Origin: an uncultured bacterium
Lineage (GTDB): Bacteria; Patescibacteriota; Minisyncoccia; Phycocordibacterales; Phycocordibacteraceae
Length of the DNA: 64,000 nt
Assembly (NCBI GenBank): GCA_937879955.1
Contig: CALFMK010000001.1
Location: forward strand, 5,461 to 69,460
Direction: 5' to 3'
Below the pieces are notes generated by a model. It made no database searches and was not told where the DNA came from. It saw nothing but the letters and a program-made list of their open reading frames with translations. Position numbers and translations under genes: made by a program. Position 1 is the first letter of the stretch; each line of letters begins with the position of its first letter. Below are positions 26,833-36,427 of the stretch, one piece after another.

Positions 26833-27915
26833 ATGACGATTCTTATCTTCGTACTCGTTCTCGTCGCGCTCATCGTGGTGCACGAGTTCGGGCATTTCCT
26901 CGTCGCGAAGTGGTCCGGGATGCGCGTGGACGAGTTCGGCCTCGGCTATCCGCCGAAGGCCTGGGGCAAGAAGATCGGCGAGACCGAGTACACCCTCAAC
27001 TGGCTGCCGTTCGGCGGCTTCGTGAAGATATTCGGCGAGGACCCGGAGCCAGGGGAGAAGCCCGCGCCGCGCTCGTTCGGCTCGCGCCCGCGCGTCCTGC
27101 AGGCCGCGGTGCTCGTCGCAGGCATCGCCATGAACCTGTTGTTCGCGTACGTCCTTCTCACGGCGACCCTTTTCGGCGGCACGACCCGCGCGCTCACCGA
27201 CGAGGAGGCGAAGACCGCGCCTGACGCCGTGCTTGCCGTGGCGAGCGTGCTGCCCGAGTCTCCGGCCGCGGACGCTGGCCTCAGGCCTGGCGACTTCATC
27301 CTCTCTGCGACCGCGGGCGAGGACACCTACGAAGGCGCCGACGCGAAGGCGTTCACGTCCTTCGTCGCGGAGCACGGTGCCGAGGAGATCGTCCTCGACG
27401 TGAAGGGAGAGGAGGTCGTCGTGCGTCCTGAGGCGGGCGTCATCGCGGCGGATCCGGAACGCCTCGCGCTCGGCGTCGGGCTCACTGCCGTGGGCACGGC
27501 ATCGATGCCGTGGTATAGGGCGCCTATCGAGGGCGCGGTGCTCACCTGGGAGCTCACGAAGGAGACCGCCGTCGCGCTCGTGCATTTCTTCACCGGCATA
27601 TTCACGCTCTCCGCGGACCTCTCGCAGGTAGCGGGCCCGGTGGGCATCGCGGGTGCGGTCGGCGACGCGTCGAACAACGGCCTCGCGTCCCTCGCCACCA
27701 TCACGGCACTCATCTCCATCAACCTCGCGCTCATCAACCTGCTGCCAATCCCGGCGCTCGACGGCGGACGCCTCCTCTTCGTGATCATCGAGGCGATAAC
27801 CCGCAGGCCTATCAAGCCGTCCTTCGCGAACGCGGTGAACGGCATCGGGTTCTTCCTCCTCGTCGCGCTCATGCTCGTCGTGACCGCGAGCGACATCTTC
27901 AAGATCGTCGGGTAA
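26833..27915 (+). CDS. rseP: RIP metalloprotease RseP (site-2 protease, M50 family, with PDZ domain).
   Basis: The HExxH motif is HEFGHFLVAKWSG. A PDZ segment follows, and the C-terminal motif is NLLPIPALDGG. Confidence 0.9.
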   Translation: MTILIFVLVLVALIVVHEFGHFLVAKWSGMRVDEFGLGYPPKAWGKKIGETEYTLNWLPFGGFVKIFGEDPEPGEKPAPRSFGSRPRVLQAAVLVAGIAMNLLFAYVLLTATLFGGTTRALTDEEAKTAPDAVLAVASVLPESPAADAGLRPGDFILSATAGEDTYEGADAKAFTSFVAEHGAEEIVLDVKGEEVVVRPEAGVIAADPERLALGVGLTAVGTASMPWYRAPIEGAVLTWELTKETAVALVHFFTGIFTLSADLSQVAGPVGIAGAVGDASNNGLASLATITALISINLALINLLPIPALDGGRLLFVIIEAITRRPIKPSFANAVNGIGFFLLVALMLVVTASDIFKIVG

Positions 27916-27931
27916 AGGAAATGGCCGCTGG

Positions 27932-28207
27932 TTAGGCGGCCATGGGGAGTTCGTGATGCGCTTCGTCGATGCGCTCTTCTCCGTCAAAATCTGGGTCCTC
28001 GAACGGGCAGTACGGATTCAGGTGCTTCTTCCGTACGAGCACGTACCCGTAGCGTCCGTTCTTGCGAATCGTTACGGTGCGCTCATACCTATCCAGGGGA
28101 AAGATCGGATGGTTGCAGCGATCGCAGCGGTGCGTCAGTCTGGCGACGTGCGTGCTGCACGTGGGCTTCGGCATGTGAGCTTCCTTTCCGAGGACGTTGT
28201 AGCACAT
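27932..28207 (-). CDS. Small Cys/His-rich hypothetical protein.
   Basis: The C-terminal 91 aa of the ORF is protein-like (MCYNVLGKEAHMPKPTCSTHVARLTHRCDRCNHP...). The upstream part of the ORF is Arg/Pro-rich junk that overlaps another gene. Confidence 0.4.
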   Translation of the reverse strand: MCYNVLGKEAHMPKPTCSTHVARLTHRCDRCNHPIFPLDRYERTVTIRKNGRYGYVLVRKKHLNPYCPFEDPDFDGEERIDEAHHELPMAA

Positions 28208-28213
28208 GGGGAA

Positions 28214-28260
28214 GTAAAAAGAAGGACGCTCTCCTGAAAGGGAGAGCGTCTGTCTTTTTC
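28214..28260. terminator. Bidirectional rho-independent terminator.
   Basis: GACGCTCTCC-TGAAAG-GGAGAGCGTC, with TGTCTTTTTC on the plus side and CTTCTTTTTAC on the minus side. Confidence 0.6.
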
Positions 28261-28263
28261 CGG

Positions 28264-28569
28264 TCACGCGCGCTTCTTCGCTCCCGAGGGAGCGCGGAAC
28301 GGATTCCGGTCGGGGACGAAGAGCAGGACGAGCGCGATGGCGAGGCCTTCGCCGAAGACGATGCCGGCGGTGAACTGGACGAGCTCCGCGAGCGGGAAGT
28401 CGCCGCGGAGCGTCGGGAGGGCCATCCCGACGAACGGGATGAAGAACCCGGCGAGCACGTTCAGGACGAAGGCCGATTTCTTCGCGCGCCGCGGCGTGAC
28501 GGTCGGCGTGCCGAGCGCTGCGCACGAGAGCCCATGCTGCCTTCTGGGCAGCGCTGCATACGAGGTCAT
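28264..28569 (-). CDS. Small membrane protein (101 aa).
   Basis: Two hydrophobic helices (FVLNVLAGFFIPFVGMAL; AGIVFGEGLAIALVLLFV). Confidence 0.5.
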   Translation of the reverse strand: MTSYAALPRRQHGLSCAALGTPTVTPRRAKKSAFVLNVLAGFFIPFVGMALPTLRGDFPLAELVQFTAGIVFGEGLAIALVLLFVPDRNPFRAPSGAKKRA

Positions 28570-28684
28570 AGCTATTTCTCCCTAGGCTGAAGAGGACGGA
28601 CTGGGACCACTATACTCCTGCCCTGTCCAGTAGGGAACAGCCACTTTTGCGGTGCGCGGGACAGGGCCGTATACTGGACGCACT

Positions 28685-29929
28685 ATGCGCCAGAGTCAGC
28701 TATTCACGAGGACCAGGAAAGACAATCCGTCCGACGAGGAATCGAAGAACGCGCAGCTCCTCATCCGTGCCGGATTCGTCTACAAGGAGATGGCGGGCGC
28801 CTACACGTACCTGCCGCTCGGTCTCCGCACGCTCAACAACCTGAACCGCATCATCCGCGAGGAGATGAACGCGATCGGCGGCCAGGAGCTCGCCATGACC
28901 GCGCTCCAGGACAAGTCGTTGTGGGAGAAGACCGACCGCTGGGACGACGCGAAGGTGGACAACTGGTTCAAGACCGAATTCAAGTCGGGCGGCGAGACCG
29001 GCCTCGGCATCACGCACGAGGAGCCGATCACGCGCATCATGACGGAGCACATCGCCTCGTATCGCGACCTGCCGGTGTACGCGTACCAGTTCCAGAACAA
29101 GTTCCGCAACGAGCTGCGCGCGAAGTCCGGCATCATGCGCGGGAAGGAGTTCCTCATGAAGGACCTCTACTCGTTCTCGAAGGACACGGAGGAGCACGAC
29201 GCCTTCTTCGCGAAGGCGCGCGAGGCGTACCTGAACGTCTTCCGTCGCGCCGGCATCGGAGACCGCACCTACGTCACGTTCGCGTCCGGCGGCATCTTCA
29301 GCGAGTTCTCGGAGGAGTTCCAGACCGAGTCCGAGGCGGGCGAGGACCTCATCTACGTGGACGAGGCGAAGGGCATCGCGGTTAACAAGGAGGTGCTCGA
29401 CGACGCGACCCTCGCGAAGCTCGGCCTTTCTAAGGACGCGCTCGTGGAGAAGAAGGCGATAGAGGCGGGCAACATCTTCAATCTCGGCACCCGCTTCTCG
29501 GAGCCGCTCGGCCTTACCTACACGGCCGAGGACGGCAGCAAGCAGCCCGTCGTGATGGGAAGCTACGGCATCGGTCCGACGCGCCTCATGGGCATCATCG
29601 CGGAGACCCTCTCCGACGATAAGGGGCTCGTGTGGCCGGAGGAGGTCGCGCCGTTCACGTACCATCTCGTCTCGCTCGCCGGCAACGATGATGAACTTGC
29701 TGCGGTCGCGGACGAGCTCTATGCGGACATGGAGAAGAAGGGCATGTCCGTCCTCTATGACGACCGCATTGCTCGCGCCGGCGAGAAGTTCGCGGACGCC
29801 GACCTCATCGGCATCCCGTACCGGATCGTGGTCGGGAAGGAGACGAAGGCGTCAGGACGCGTCGAGCTAGTCTCCCGGGCGACCGGCGAGGTCTCGACGC
29901 TCTCGCGCGAGGAATTACTCAACCGATAG
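28685..29929 (+). CDS. proS: Proline--tRNA ligase (short bacterial-type form without the INS editing domain).
   Basis: Class II aaRS motifs are present. The N-terminus MRQSQLFTRTRKDNPSDEESKNAQLLIRAGF... is a typical ProRS. At about 414 aa it lacks the insertion/editing domain. A TATACT sits 9 nt upstream of the ATG. Confidence 0.93.
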   Translation: MRQSQLFTRTRKDNPSDEESKNAQLLIRAGFVYKEMAGAYTYLPLGLRTLNNLNRIIREEMNAIGGQELAMTALQDKSLWEKTDRWDDAKVDNWFKTEFKSGGETGLGITHEEPITRIMTEHIASYRDLPVYAYQFQNKFRNELRAKSGIMRGKEFLMKDLYSFSKDTEEHDAFFAKAREAYLNVFRRAGIGDRTYVTFASGGIFSEFSEEFQTESEAGEDLIYVDEAKGIAVNKEVLDDATLAKLGLSKDALVEKKAIEAGNIFNLGTRFSEPLGLTYTAEDGSKQPVVMGSYGIGPTRLMGIIAETLSDDKGLVWPEEVAPFTYHLVSLAGNDDELAAVADELYADMEKKGMSVLYDDRIARAGEKFADADLIGIPYRIVVGKETKASGRVELVSRATGEVSTLSREELLNR

Positions 29930-29933
29930 ACAT

Positions 29934-30995
29934 ATGGCAAAAGGAAACCGCTTCTCGAAGAGCTCGCTCTTCTCCACCGACATCGGCATCGACCTCGGCA
30001 CCGGCAATACGCTCGTGTACGTGCGCGGCCGCGGCATCGTGATATCGGAGCCGTCGGTGGTGACGCTCAACGAGAAGACCGGCCAGATGGTGGCGGTCGG
30101 GAAGGAGGCGAAGGCCATGCTCGGCAAGACGCCGCCGCACATCCGCGCGGTGCGTCCCTTGTCGCACGGCGTCATCTCCGACTTCGAGGTGACGGAGGAG
30201 CTGCTCGCGTATTTCATAAACAAGGCGCAGGGCGGACGCTCCAGGCTCTTCGGGCCAAGAGTGGTGGTGGGCGTGCCGACCGGCGTGACGAACGTCGAGT
30301 CGAGAGCGGTGCGCGACGCGGCGATGACGGCGGGCGCGCGCGAGGTGTTCATCCTCGAGGAGCCGATGGCGGGCGCGATCGGCGCGAAGCTCCCGGTCAT
30401 GGAGGCGGTGGGCACCATGGTGCTCGACATCGGCGCAGGCACTACCGACATCGCGGTCATCGCGCTCGGCGGATCGGTAGCAGGGAAGAGCTCGCAGGTC
30501 GCGGGCGACCGGTTCAACGAGAACATCATCGATTTCGTGCGCAGCGAGTTCCAGCTCGCCATCGGCGAGAAGACCGCCGAGGACACCAAGATCGCCATCG
30601 GCGCGGTGCTCCCGCTCGCGACGCCGCTCGAGAAGGCGATCCGCGGACGCGACCTCGCCACCGGCCTCCCGCGCGAGATCACCCTCAACGACTCACACAT
30701 GCGCGACGCGCTCGCGCCGTCCATGGAAGCGCTCATGGAGGCGATGAAAGAGGTCATCGAGAAGACGCCGCCCGAGCTCCTCTCGGACGTGCTCGAGCGC
30801 GGCGTCACCGTGTTCGGCGGCGGCGCCTTGCTCCGCGGCCTGCCTGAGCTCCTCGCGAAGATGCTCGGCGTGCCGGTGCACGTGGCCTCTGATCCTCTCA
30901 CGGCCGTGGTGCGTGGCACCGGCGTCGTGACGGAGGACCCGCGCCCGTGGAATGACGCATTCATGCATGAAGAAGCGATTCTCCCGAAGGCATAA
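29934..30995 (+). CDS. mreB: MreB-family actin homolog, copy 2, immediately upstream of mreC.
   Basis: MAKGNRFSKSSLFSTDIGIDLGTGNTLVYVRGRGIVISEPSVVTL... is full length. It is a paralog of the gene at 22987. Confidence 0.9.
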   Translation: MAKGNRFSKSSLFSTDIGIDLGTGNTLVYVRGRGIVISEPSVVTLNEKTGQMVAVGKEAKAMLGKTPPHIRAVRPLSHGVISDFEVTEELLAYFINKAQGGRSRLFGPRVVVGVPTGVTNVESRAVRDAAMTAGAREVFILEEPMAGAIGAKLPVMEAVGTMVLDIGAGTTDIAVIALGGSVAGKSSQVAGDRFNENIIDFVRSEFQLAIGEKTAEDTKIAIGAVLPLATPLEKAIRGRDLATGLPREITLNDSHMRDALAPSMEALMEAMKEVIEKTPPELLSDVLERGVTVFGGGALLRGLPELLAKMLGVPVHVASDPLTAVVRGTGVVTEDPRPWNDAFMHEEAILPKA

Positions 30996-31755
30996 CTCGT
31001 TCGTCGGCGCGTATCCGTGGGTCGGTCCCGCGCTCATAAGCCTCGTGGCGCTCGTGCTCGTCATGGGCCTCTTCCGCTTCCTCCTCCCGGGCGCGCTTGT
31101 CGCGGTGTCGAAGCCGTTCTGGTCCGCAGGCACCTCGCTCTCCGCGGGCGTCGGGAATGTCGGCTCGTTCTTCACGGACAAGACGAAGCTCGCGAACGAG
31201 CGCGATGCGCTCGCAAGCGAGAACGCCGCGCTGAAGGCTGCCGGCGCGACGAGCGCGGCCCGCATCACGGACCTCGAGCGCCTGCTCGGAGACCGCACGG
31301 AGGCGGGTAACGGCGTCCTTGCGGGTGTCCTCGCGCGTCCGCCCGTATCCCCGTACGACGTGCTCGTCATCGACCAGGGAAGCGATGCGGGCATCAAGGA
31401 GGGCAGCCGCGTGCAGGGGCCGGGCGGCATGCCGCTCGGCGTTATCGAGAGCGTGACGAAGTCGTCCGCGCGCGTCCTCCTGTACTCGGCGCCTGCCAAC
31501 GAGACGGAGAGCTGGATCGGCGAGGCGCGCATCCCCGTGACCGTGGTCGGCGAGGGCGCCGGCAGCCTGAGCGCGGAGGTTGCGCGCGAGGCGGGCGTCG
31601 CCGTGGGCGATCTCGTCTACATGATGGGTCCGGGCGCACGGGCGGTGGGCACGGTCATCGAGGTCGGCAACGACCCGTCCTCGCCGCGCTCGAGGGTCGA
31701 CATCCACCCGCTCCAGAACCCGTTCTCCATCACCTGGGTGACCGTGACGCCATGA
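30967..31755 (+). CDS. mreC: Rod-shape-determining protein MreC.
   Basis: N-terminal TM, a coiled coil (ANERDALASENAALKAAG) and a C-terminal beta-barrel region (GVLAGVLARPPVSPYDVLVIDQGSDAGIKEG). It lies between mreB and mreD. Confidence 0.8.
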   Translation: MKKRFSRRHNSFVGAYPWVGPALISLVALVLVMGLFRFLLPGALVAVSKPFWSAGTSLSAGVGNVGSFFTDKTKLANERDALASENAALKAAGATSAARITDLERLLGDRTEAGNGVLAGVLARPPVSPYDVLVIDQGSDAGIKEGSRVQGPGGMPLGVIESVTKSSARVLLYSAPANETESWIGEARIPVTVVGEGAGSLSAEVAREAGVAVGDLVYMMGPGARAVGTVIEVGNDPSSPRSRVDIHPLQNPFSITWVTVTP

Positions 31756-32006
31756 TCCGCTTCGCAGCCGTAGCCGCCGCCTTCGTCTCGCTCTTCGTAT
31801 TCCCATGGCCGGTCTCGGCCGCCTTCATGCTCGCGGCGAGCCTCTTCCTGCCGCCGGCAGGCATCGCGCTCGGCCTCGTCGCCGACCTTTCGTACTTTGT
31901 CCCGGGTGCGGCCCTCTTTCCGTACCTCTCCGTCTGGGGCGTCGCCTGCACGCTCGCGAGCCTGCTCGTGCATCGTTTCGTGAAGACGCGTATCATCAAC
32001 GGATGA
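31752..32006 (+). CDS. mreD: Small polytopic membrane protein in the MreD position.
   Basis: 84 aa, hydrophobic. Its stop overlaps the pbp2 start (ATGA). Confidence 0.55.
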   Translation: MIRFAAVAAAFVSLFVFPWPVSAAFMLAASLFLPPAGIALGLVADLSYFVPGAALFPYLSVWGVACTLASLLVHRFVKTRIING

Positions 32007-33673
32007 TCCTCAGGCGGCGCAGGCGAAGACGGGGGCTCGAGCTCGATCCGGACGAGATCTTCCTCGATTCCTCGAACACCTCGGGCTTCGACAGGAGCCA
32101 GCTGGAAGGGAGGCTCGAGAAGCCCATCGACCGCACCACGTTCGCGGGCATCGGCATCGTGATAGCGCTCATGTTCACGACCCTGCTCACGCAGGCCGCG
32201 AACCTCCAGATACACCAAGGAGACGAGTACGCGGCGCGCTCGGAGCGCAACCGCCTCCGCCCCCAGGTGCTCTTCGCCGAGCGCGGCGCCATCGTGGACC
32301 GCAACGGCGAGCCGCTCGTCTACAACGAGGAAGGCGAGGACGGGTTCGTGAAGCGCGTGTACGCGTACCCGGGATTCTCGCACCTCCTCGGCTACGTGTC
32401 GTACCCGAAGAAGGACTCCTCGGGCAATTTCTACGAGACGAAGATCGAGGGACTGAACGGCGTGGAGGAGGCGTTCGACCTGGCGCTCTCGGGCGAGAAC
32501 GGCACGCTGCTCGTGGAAGAGGATGCGCACGGCGACATCCAGTCGTCAGGCACCGTGAAGCCTGCCACGAAGGGGCAGACCGTGACGCTCTCGATAGACG
32601 CGCGGGCGCAGCGGGCCTTCGCGCACTCCATCAGCGAGCTCGCCGACCGCATCCCGTTCATGGGCGGCTCCGCCATCCTCATGGACGTGAACACGGGCGA
32701 GGTGCGCGCGCTCGTCTCCTATCCCGAGTACGACCCGAACGTGCTCTCGTCCGGCGGGCCGTCGAACGTGATCGCGGGATACCAGACCAACCCGCGCCGC
32801 GTCTATCTCGACCGCGCGGTCTCCGGCATCTATACGCCAGGCTCGATCGTGAAGCCGATGGAGGCGGCGGGCGCGATCAGTGACGGCGTGGTGACGCCTG
32901 AGTGGGGCATCGTCTCGACGGGTTCCATCTCCATCCCGAACCCGTACAACCCGGACAAGCCGAGCATCTTCAAGGACTGGAAGGCGCACGGCTGGGTGGA
33001 CGCGCGCCGCGCCATCGCGGTCTCCTCCGACGTGTACTTCTACGCCGTGGGCGGCGGGTACGGCGACGTGAAGGGCCTCGGCATCGAGCGCCTCAAGTAC
33101 TGGTTCGAGGCATTCGGCTTCACGAGCCCGACGGGCATCGAGCTCTCGGGCGAGGCCTCGGGCTTCGTGCCGGATCCGGCCTGGAAGGAGGCGAAGTACG
33201 ACGAGCCATGGCGCCTCGGCGACACGTACAACACCTCGATCGGGCAGTACGCGATGCAGATAACGCCGCTCGAGGCCGCGCGCGCGGTGGCGGCGGTCGC
33301 CAACGGCGGGAAGCTCGTTAAGCCCACCCTCATCAAGGACGCGCCGCTCCAGGGGCAGACCATTCCGATCAGCCAGGACGCGCTTAAGGTCGCGCGCGAG
33401 GGCATGCGCCTCGGCGCGGTCGAAGGCACGTCGGTGGGCCTCGCGCCGCTCTCGTTCGTGAAGCTCGCCGGAAAGACCGGCACGGCGCAGCTCGGCGTGA
33501 ACAACGAGTTCTACAACTCGTGGGCGGTGGGGTACTTCCCGTACGACAACCCGAAGTACGTGTACGTGGTGGTGATGGAGCGCGGTCCCTCCACCAACGC
33601 GATCGGCGGCATCTACGCGACGTATCAGGCGCTCGCGGAGCTGCATCGGACGGCGCCGGAGTACTTCGAGTAG
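32003..33673 (+). CDS. mrdA: Penicillin-binding protein 2 (elongasome transpeptidase).
   Basis: N-terminal TM. The motifs are SxxK (GSIVKP), SxN and KTG (KTGTAQ). It is in the mreBCD operon. The start was trimmed to MILRRRRRRRG. Confidence 0.9.
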   Translation: MILRRRRRRRGLELDPDEIFLDSSNTSGFDRSQLEGRLEKPIDRTTFAGIGIVIALMFTTLLTQAANLQIHQGDEYAARSERNRLRPQVLFAERGAIVDRNGEPLVYNEEGEDGFVKRVYAYPGFSHLLGYVSYPKKDSSGNFYETKIEGLNGVEEAFDLALSGENGTLLVEEDAHGDIQSSGTVKPATKGQTVTLSIDARAQRAFAHSISELADRIPFMGGSAILMDVNTGEVRALVSYPEYDPNVLSSGGPSNVIAGYQTNPRRVYLDRAVSGIYTPGSIVKPMEAAGAISDGVVTPEWGIVSTGSISIPNPYNPDKPSIFKDWKAHGWVDARRAIAVSSDVYFYAVGGGYGDVKGLGIERLKYWFEAFGFTSPTGIELSGEASGFVPDPAWKEAKYDEPWRLGDTYNTSIGQYAMQITPLEAARAVAAVANGGKLVKPTLIKDAPLQGQTIPISQDALKVAREGMRLGAVEGTSVGLAPLSFVKLAGKTGTAQLGVNNEFYNSWAVGYFPYDNPKYVYVVVMERGPSTNAIGGIYATYQALAELHRTAPEYFE

Positions 33674-33764
33674 CCAATTACGACCCGAAACAGGGAAGAT
33701 TGACGCCAGGGTGGCACCCCGTACAATACTCATACCAAACAGCGTTCATTACTGATTCATACCC

Positions 33765-34235
33765 ATGACCGAACAGGATACTGTCGTAAGCCAGGAGAAA
33801 TTCGACGAGATGATAAAGGAGCTCGAGAACCTCAAGACCGTCCGCCGCACCGAGATCGCGGAGAATCTTGAGTATGCTCGCTCTCTCGGCGACCTGTCGG
33901 AGAACGCGGAGTACCAGGAGGCGCGCGAGCTCCAGGCCGCTACCGAGGAGCGCATCCGCAAGCTCGAGGAGCTCGTGAAGCGCGCGAAGATCGTCACGGA
34001 CGGCAAGAAGAAGGACGTCGTGGGATTCAGCTCCACCGTCACGATAAAGAAGGAGGGAAGCAGCGAGTCGCACGAGTACACCATCGTCGGCAGCGAGGAG
34101 GCGGACATGCGCGTGCACAAGCTCTCGCACGTGTCGCCGCTCGGCGCCGCGCTCATGGGCAAGAAGAAGGGGGACGTCTTCACGTTCGAGACGCCGAACG
34201 GGAAGCAGACGTACTCCGTCGAGAAGGTCTCCTAG
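33765..34235 (+). CDS. greA: Transcription elongation factor GreA.
   Basis: N-terminal coiled coil with the conserved acidic tip (LSENAEYQEARE), followed by a C-terminal FKBP-like domain. Confidence 0.93.
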   Translation: MTEQDTVVSQEKFDEMIKELENLKTVRRTEIAENLEYARSLGDLSENAEYQEARELQAATEERIRKLEELVKRAKIVTDGKKKDVVGFSSTVTIKKEGSSESHEYTIVGSEEADMRVHKLSHVSPLGAALMGKKKGDVFTFETPNGKQTYSVEKVS

Positions 34236-34254
34236 GCATCCTCGGAGATAAGGG

Positions 34255-34285
34255 AAAGGGCGGTCCTTCGGGACCGCCCTTCGAC
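34255..34285. terminator. Hairpin terminator after greA.
   Basis: GGGCGGTCC-TTCG-GGACCGCCC. Confidence 0.5.
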
Positions 34286-34290
34286 GTATC

Positions 34291-34671
34291 TCATGCGACG
34301 TTCTTTTTCGCCGTATCGAACCATGTCAGGACCAGGTTCGCGGCGTGCTTGAAGCGCTCGTCCCGCAGGCGGACCAGCGGACGATCGAGGTTCCTCGCCT
34401 CCTCGAGGTCCCGCACGCAGACGTAGCACGGGGCCTGCGGGCACCAGGGCTTCGGAGCGAGGCCGAGGGCCGGGAGTCCGGCGCGTTCGAGCCGCTGGAA
34501 CGGGTGCTTGAGGCCCTTCTTCGCGTACAGGATGGGAATCTCGCCGTCTCTGGGGCCTGCGGCTTCCTTCGCCGTGAGCACGCGGACCTCTAGCTGCGTA
34601 CGCAGGATGAGCTTCAGGATCTCATCGGGCAGCTCATCCTGGTGAGTGACGAACCTGATACTGGCGCACAT
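34291..34671 (-). CDS. Hypothetical protein with a CxxxxxCxxC motif.
   Basis: 126 aa. It contains KPWCPQAPCYVCVRDL. No confident family assignment. Confidence 0.45.
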   Translation of the reverse strand: MCASIRFVTHQDELPDEILKLILRTQLEVRVLTAKEAAGPRDGEIPILYAKKGLKHPFQRLERAGLPALGLAPKPWCPQAPCYVCVRDLEEARNLDRPLVRLRDERFKHAANLVLTWFDTAKKNVA

Positions 34672-34934
34672 GGCGTCCTCCTTCTGTTTCTGGTTGAAAG
34701 AACAAACGAAATCGAGCCCCTGCCGTTTCCGGTCAGAGGCTCGTTTCAGGTTTCTCTCTGCTAGCTCTTGGCTGGGGAAACCTCAAATGAACCTCCGACC
34801 TTCGTAAGAAGGACGTAGGTAATCGTAAAGAGGATTCCCGCGAGCATGCTTATCATGTAGCCCGAGTATAGCGGGACAGGCATGCCTGTCAAAGGAAGGT
34901 TATACACAACTTTCTGTAGGGCGGATGAACCGAG

Positions 34935-34980
34935 TGGGGCAAAGTGTCATATACTGACCTATACGTGGGATGAAGTGGGA
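34935..34980 (+). promoter_or_regulatory. Putative MraZ operator/promoter: a TGGGR repeat array around a TATACT -10 box.
   Basis: TGGGG at about 34935, then TATACT at about 34950, then TGGGA at 34966 and TGGGA at 34976. The last two are spaced 10 bp apart. All lie 50-90 nt upstream of mraZ. Confidence 0.4.
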
Positions 34981-35025
34981 ACACGTTCCCTTCATCTTTC
35001 TCCCGCCAAAACCCTTCGTATCACT

Positions 35026-35460
35026 ATGTTCATCGGAGAATACCGCCACACTCTGGACGCGAAGAACCGCCTCTCGCTCCCGGCGAAGTTCCGCAAGGAG
35101 CTCGGCTCTTCGGTGATCGTGACGCGTGGTCTCGACCACTGCCTCTTCGTGTACCCGAAGGCGGCATGGAAGAAGGAGGCGCAGAAGTTCGCGGAGCACT
35201 CCTCGGGCGGACAGGCCGGCCGCGCGTTCGCGCGCCTCATGCTCGCGGGCGCGAACGAGGTCGACGTCGATACGGCCGGCCGCGTGCTCGTGCCTGACTA
35301 CCTCAAGACCTACGGCGCCCTCACGGGGAAGTGCGTGGTCGCGGGCGTCTCGGACCGCATCGAGATCTGGGACGAGGCGGCATGGGAGACCTACACGAAG
35401 GAGATCGAGCGCGATGCCGATTCCTTCGCGGAGACCCTCGGGGCCAAGGCGCTCGCATAA
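35026..35460 (+). CDS. mraZ: Transcriptional regulator MraZ.
   Basis: MFIGEYRHTLDAKNRLSLPAKFRKELG... shows the duplicated MraZ fold. The start was trimmed from the ORF track. Confidence 0.9.
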   Translation: MFIGEYRHTLDAKNRLSLPAKFRKELGSSVIVTRGLDHCLFVYPKAAWKKEAQKFAEHSSGGQAGRAFARLMLAGANEVDVDTAGRVLVPDYLKTYGALTGKCVVAGVSDRIEIWDEAAWETYTKEIERDADSFAETLGAKALA

Positions 35461-35464
35461 CGGT

Positions 35465-36427
35465 ATGGATATGGCACCGGTACAGCGTCACGACACCGTC
35501 CTCCTCAAGGAGGCGGTCGACGCGCTCGAGGTCACGGCCGGCGACGTCGTCGTCGACGCGACGCTCGGCGGGGCAGGGCACTTCGGGGCGCTCCTCGCGC
35601 TGCTTGGCAAGGAGGGCACGCTCGTCGGCATCGACGCGGACAAGGATGCGCTCGTGCGCGCCCAGGCGGTCGTGGATGCGGTTCCGGAGGACGTCCGTCC
35701 GACGGTGCACCTCGTGAACGGGAACTTCCGCGACCTCGCGGTGATCCTCGACGAGCTCGAGCTCACGCCGACGAAGGTCCTCTTCGACCTCGGCTGGAGC
35801 GCCTTCCACCTCACGAGCGGGCGCGGCTTCTCGTTCCGTACGGACGAGCCGCTCCTCATGACCTACGGCGATCCTGAGGGCGTAACGACGGCAGCCGACC
35901 TCGTGAATCATCTCTCGGAGTCCTCGCTCGCCGATCTGCTCTGGTCGCTCGGCGAGGAGCGCTTCGCCCGGTCCATCGCGAAGTCCATCGTCGCCGTGCG
36001 CGAGGAGAAGCCGATCGAGACCACCGCGGACCTCGTCGCCGCGATCGGCGAGGGCGCGCCGTCCTGGTACCAGCATCGCAAGATCCATCCCGCCACGAAG
36101 ACCTTCCAGGCGCTCCGCATCGCCGTGAACGACGAGCTCGGCGCGCTGCGCGAGGGCCTTTCGGTGGCGCTAGAGCGGGTGCCTGCGGGCGGCCGCGTCG
36201 CCGTCATAACCTTCCACAGCACCGAGGACCGCATCGTGAAGACGATGCTCCGCGAGGCGGTGGACGAGGGGAGAGGGACGCTCGCGTCCCGGAAGCCGGT
36301 GGCGCCGTCGGCTGCCGAGCTCGAGAAGAACCCTCGGGCCCGCAGCGCGAAGCTCCGGACGTTCGTCGCCGGTGCGCCTGCCGTTAAGAACCGTATCAAC
36401 CTGACCTCATTTCCAGCCTATGCCTAA
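35465..36427 (+). CDS. rsmH: 16S rRNA (cytosine1402-N4)-methyltransferase RsmH (MraW).
   Basis: The SAM-binding region is VDATLGGAGH. The F-box is ITFHSTEDRIVK. Confidence 0.93.
   Translation: MDMAPVQRHDTVLLKEAVDALEVTAGDVVVDATLGGAGHFGALLALLGKEGTLVGIDADKDALVRAQAVVDAVPEDVRPTVHLVNGNFRDLAVILDELELTPTKVLFDLGWSAFHLTSGRGFSFRTDEPLLMTYGDPEGVTTAADLVNHLSESSLADLLWSLGEERFARSIAKSIVAVREEKPIETTADLVAAIGEGAPSWYQHRKIHPATKTFQALRIAVNDELGALREGLSVALERVPAGGRVAVITFHSTEDRIVKTMLREAVDEGRGTLASRKPVAPSAAELEKNPRARSAKLRTFVAGAPAVKNRINLTSFPAYA

Noticed and set aside
26299-27987. 562-aa minus-strand ORF.
   Set aside because: It is antisense to frr and rseP and has no motifs.
27932-28525. Full 197-aa minus-strand ORF.
   Set aside because: Its N-terminal 106 aa are Arg/Pro-rich and overlap the better 28264..28569 membrane-protein ORF in another frame. 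I kept only the C-terminal 91 aa as a tentative gene.
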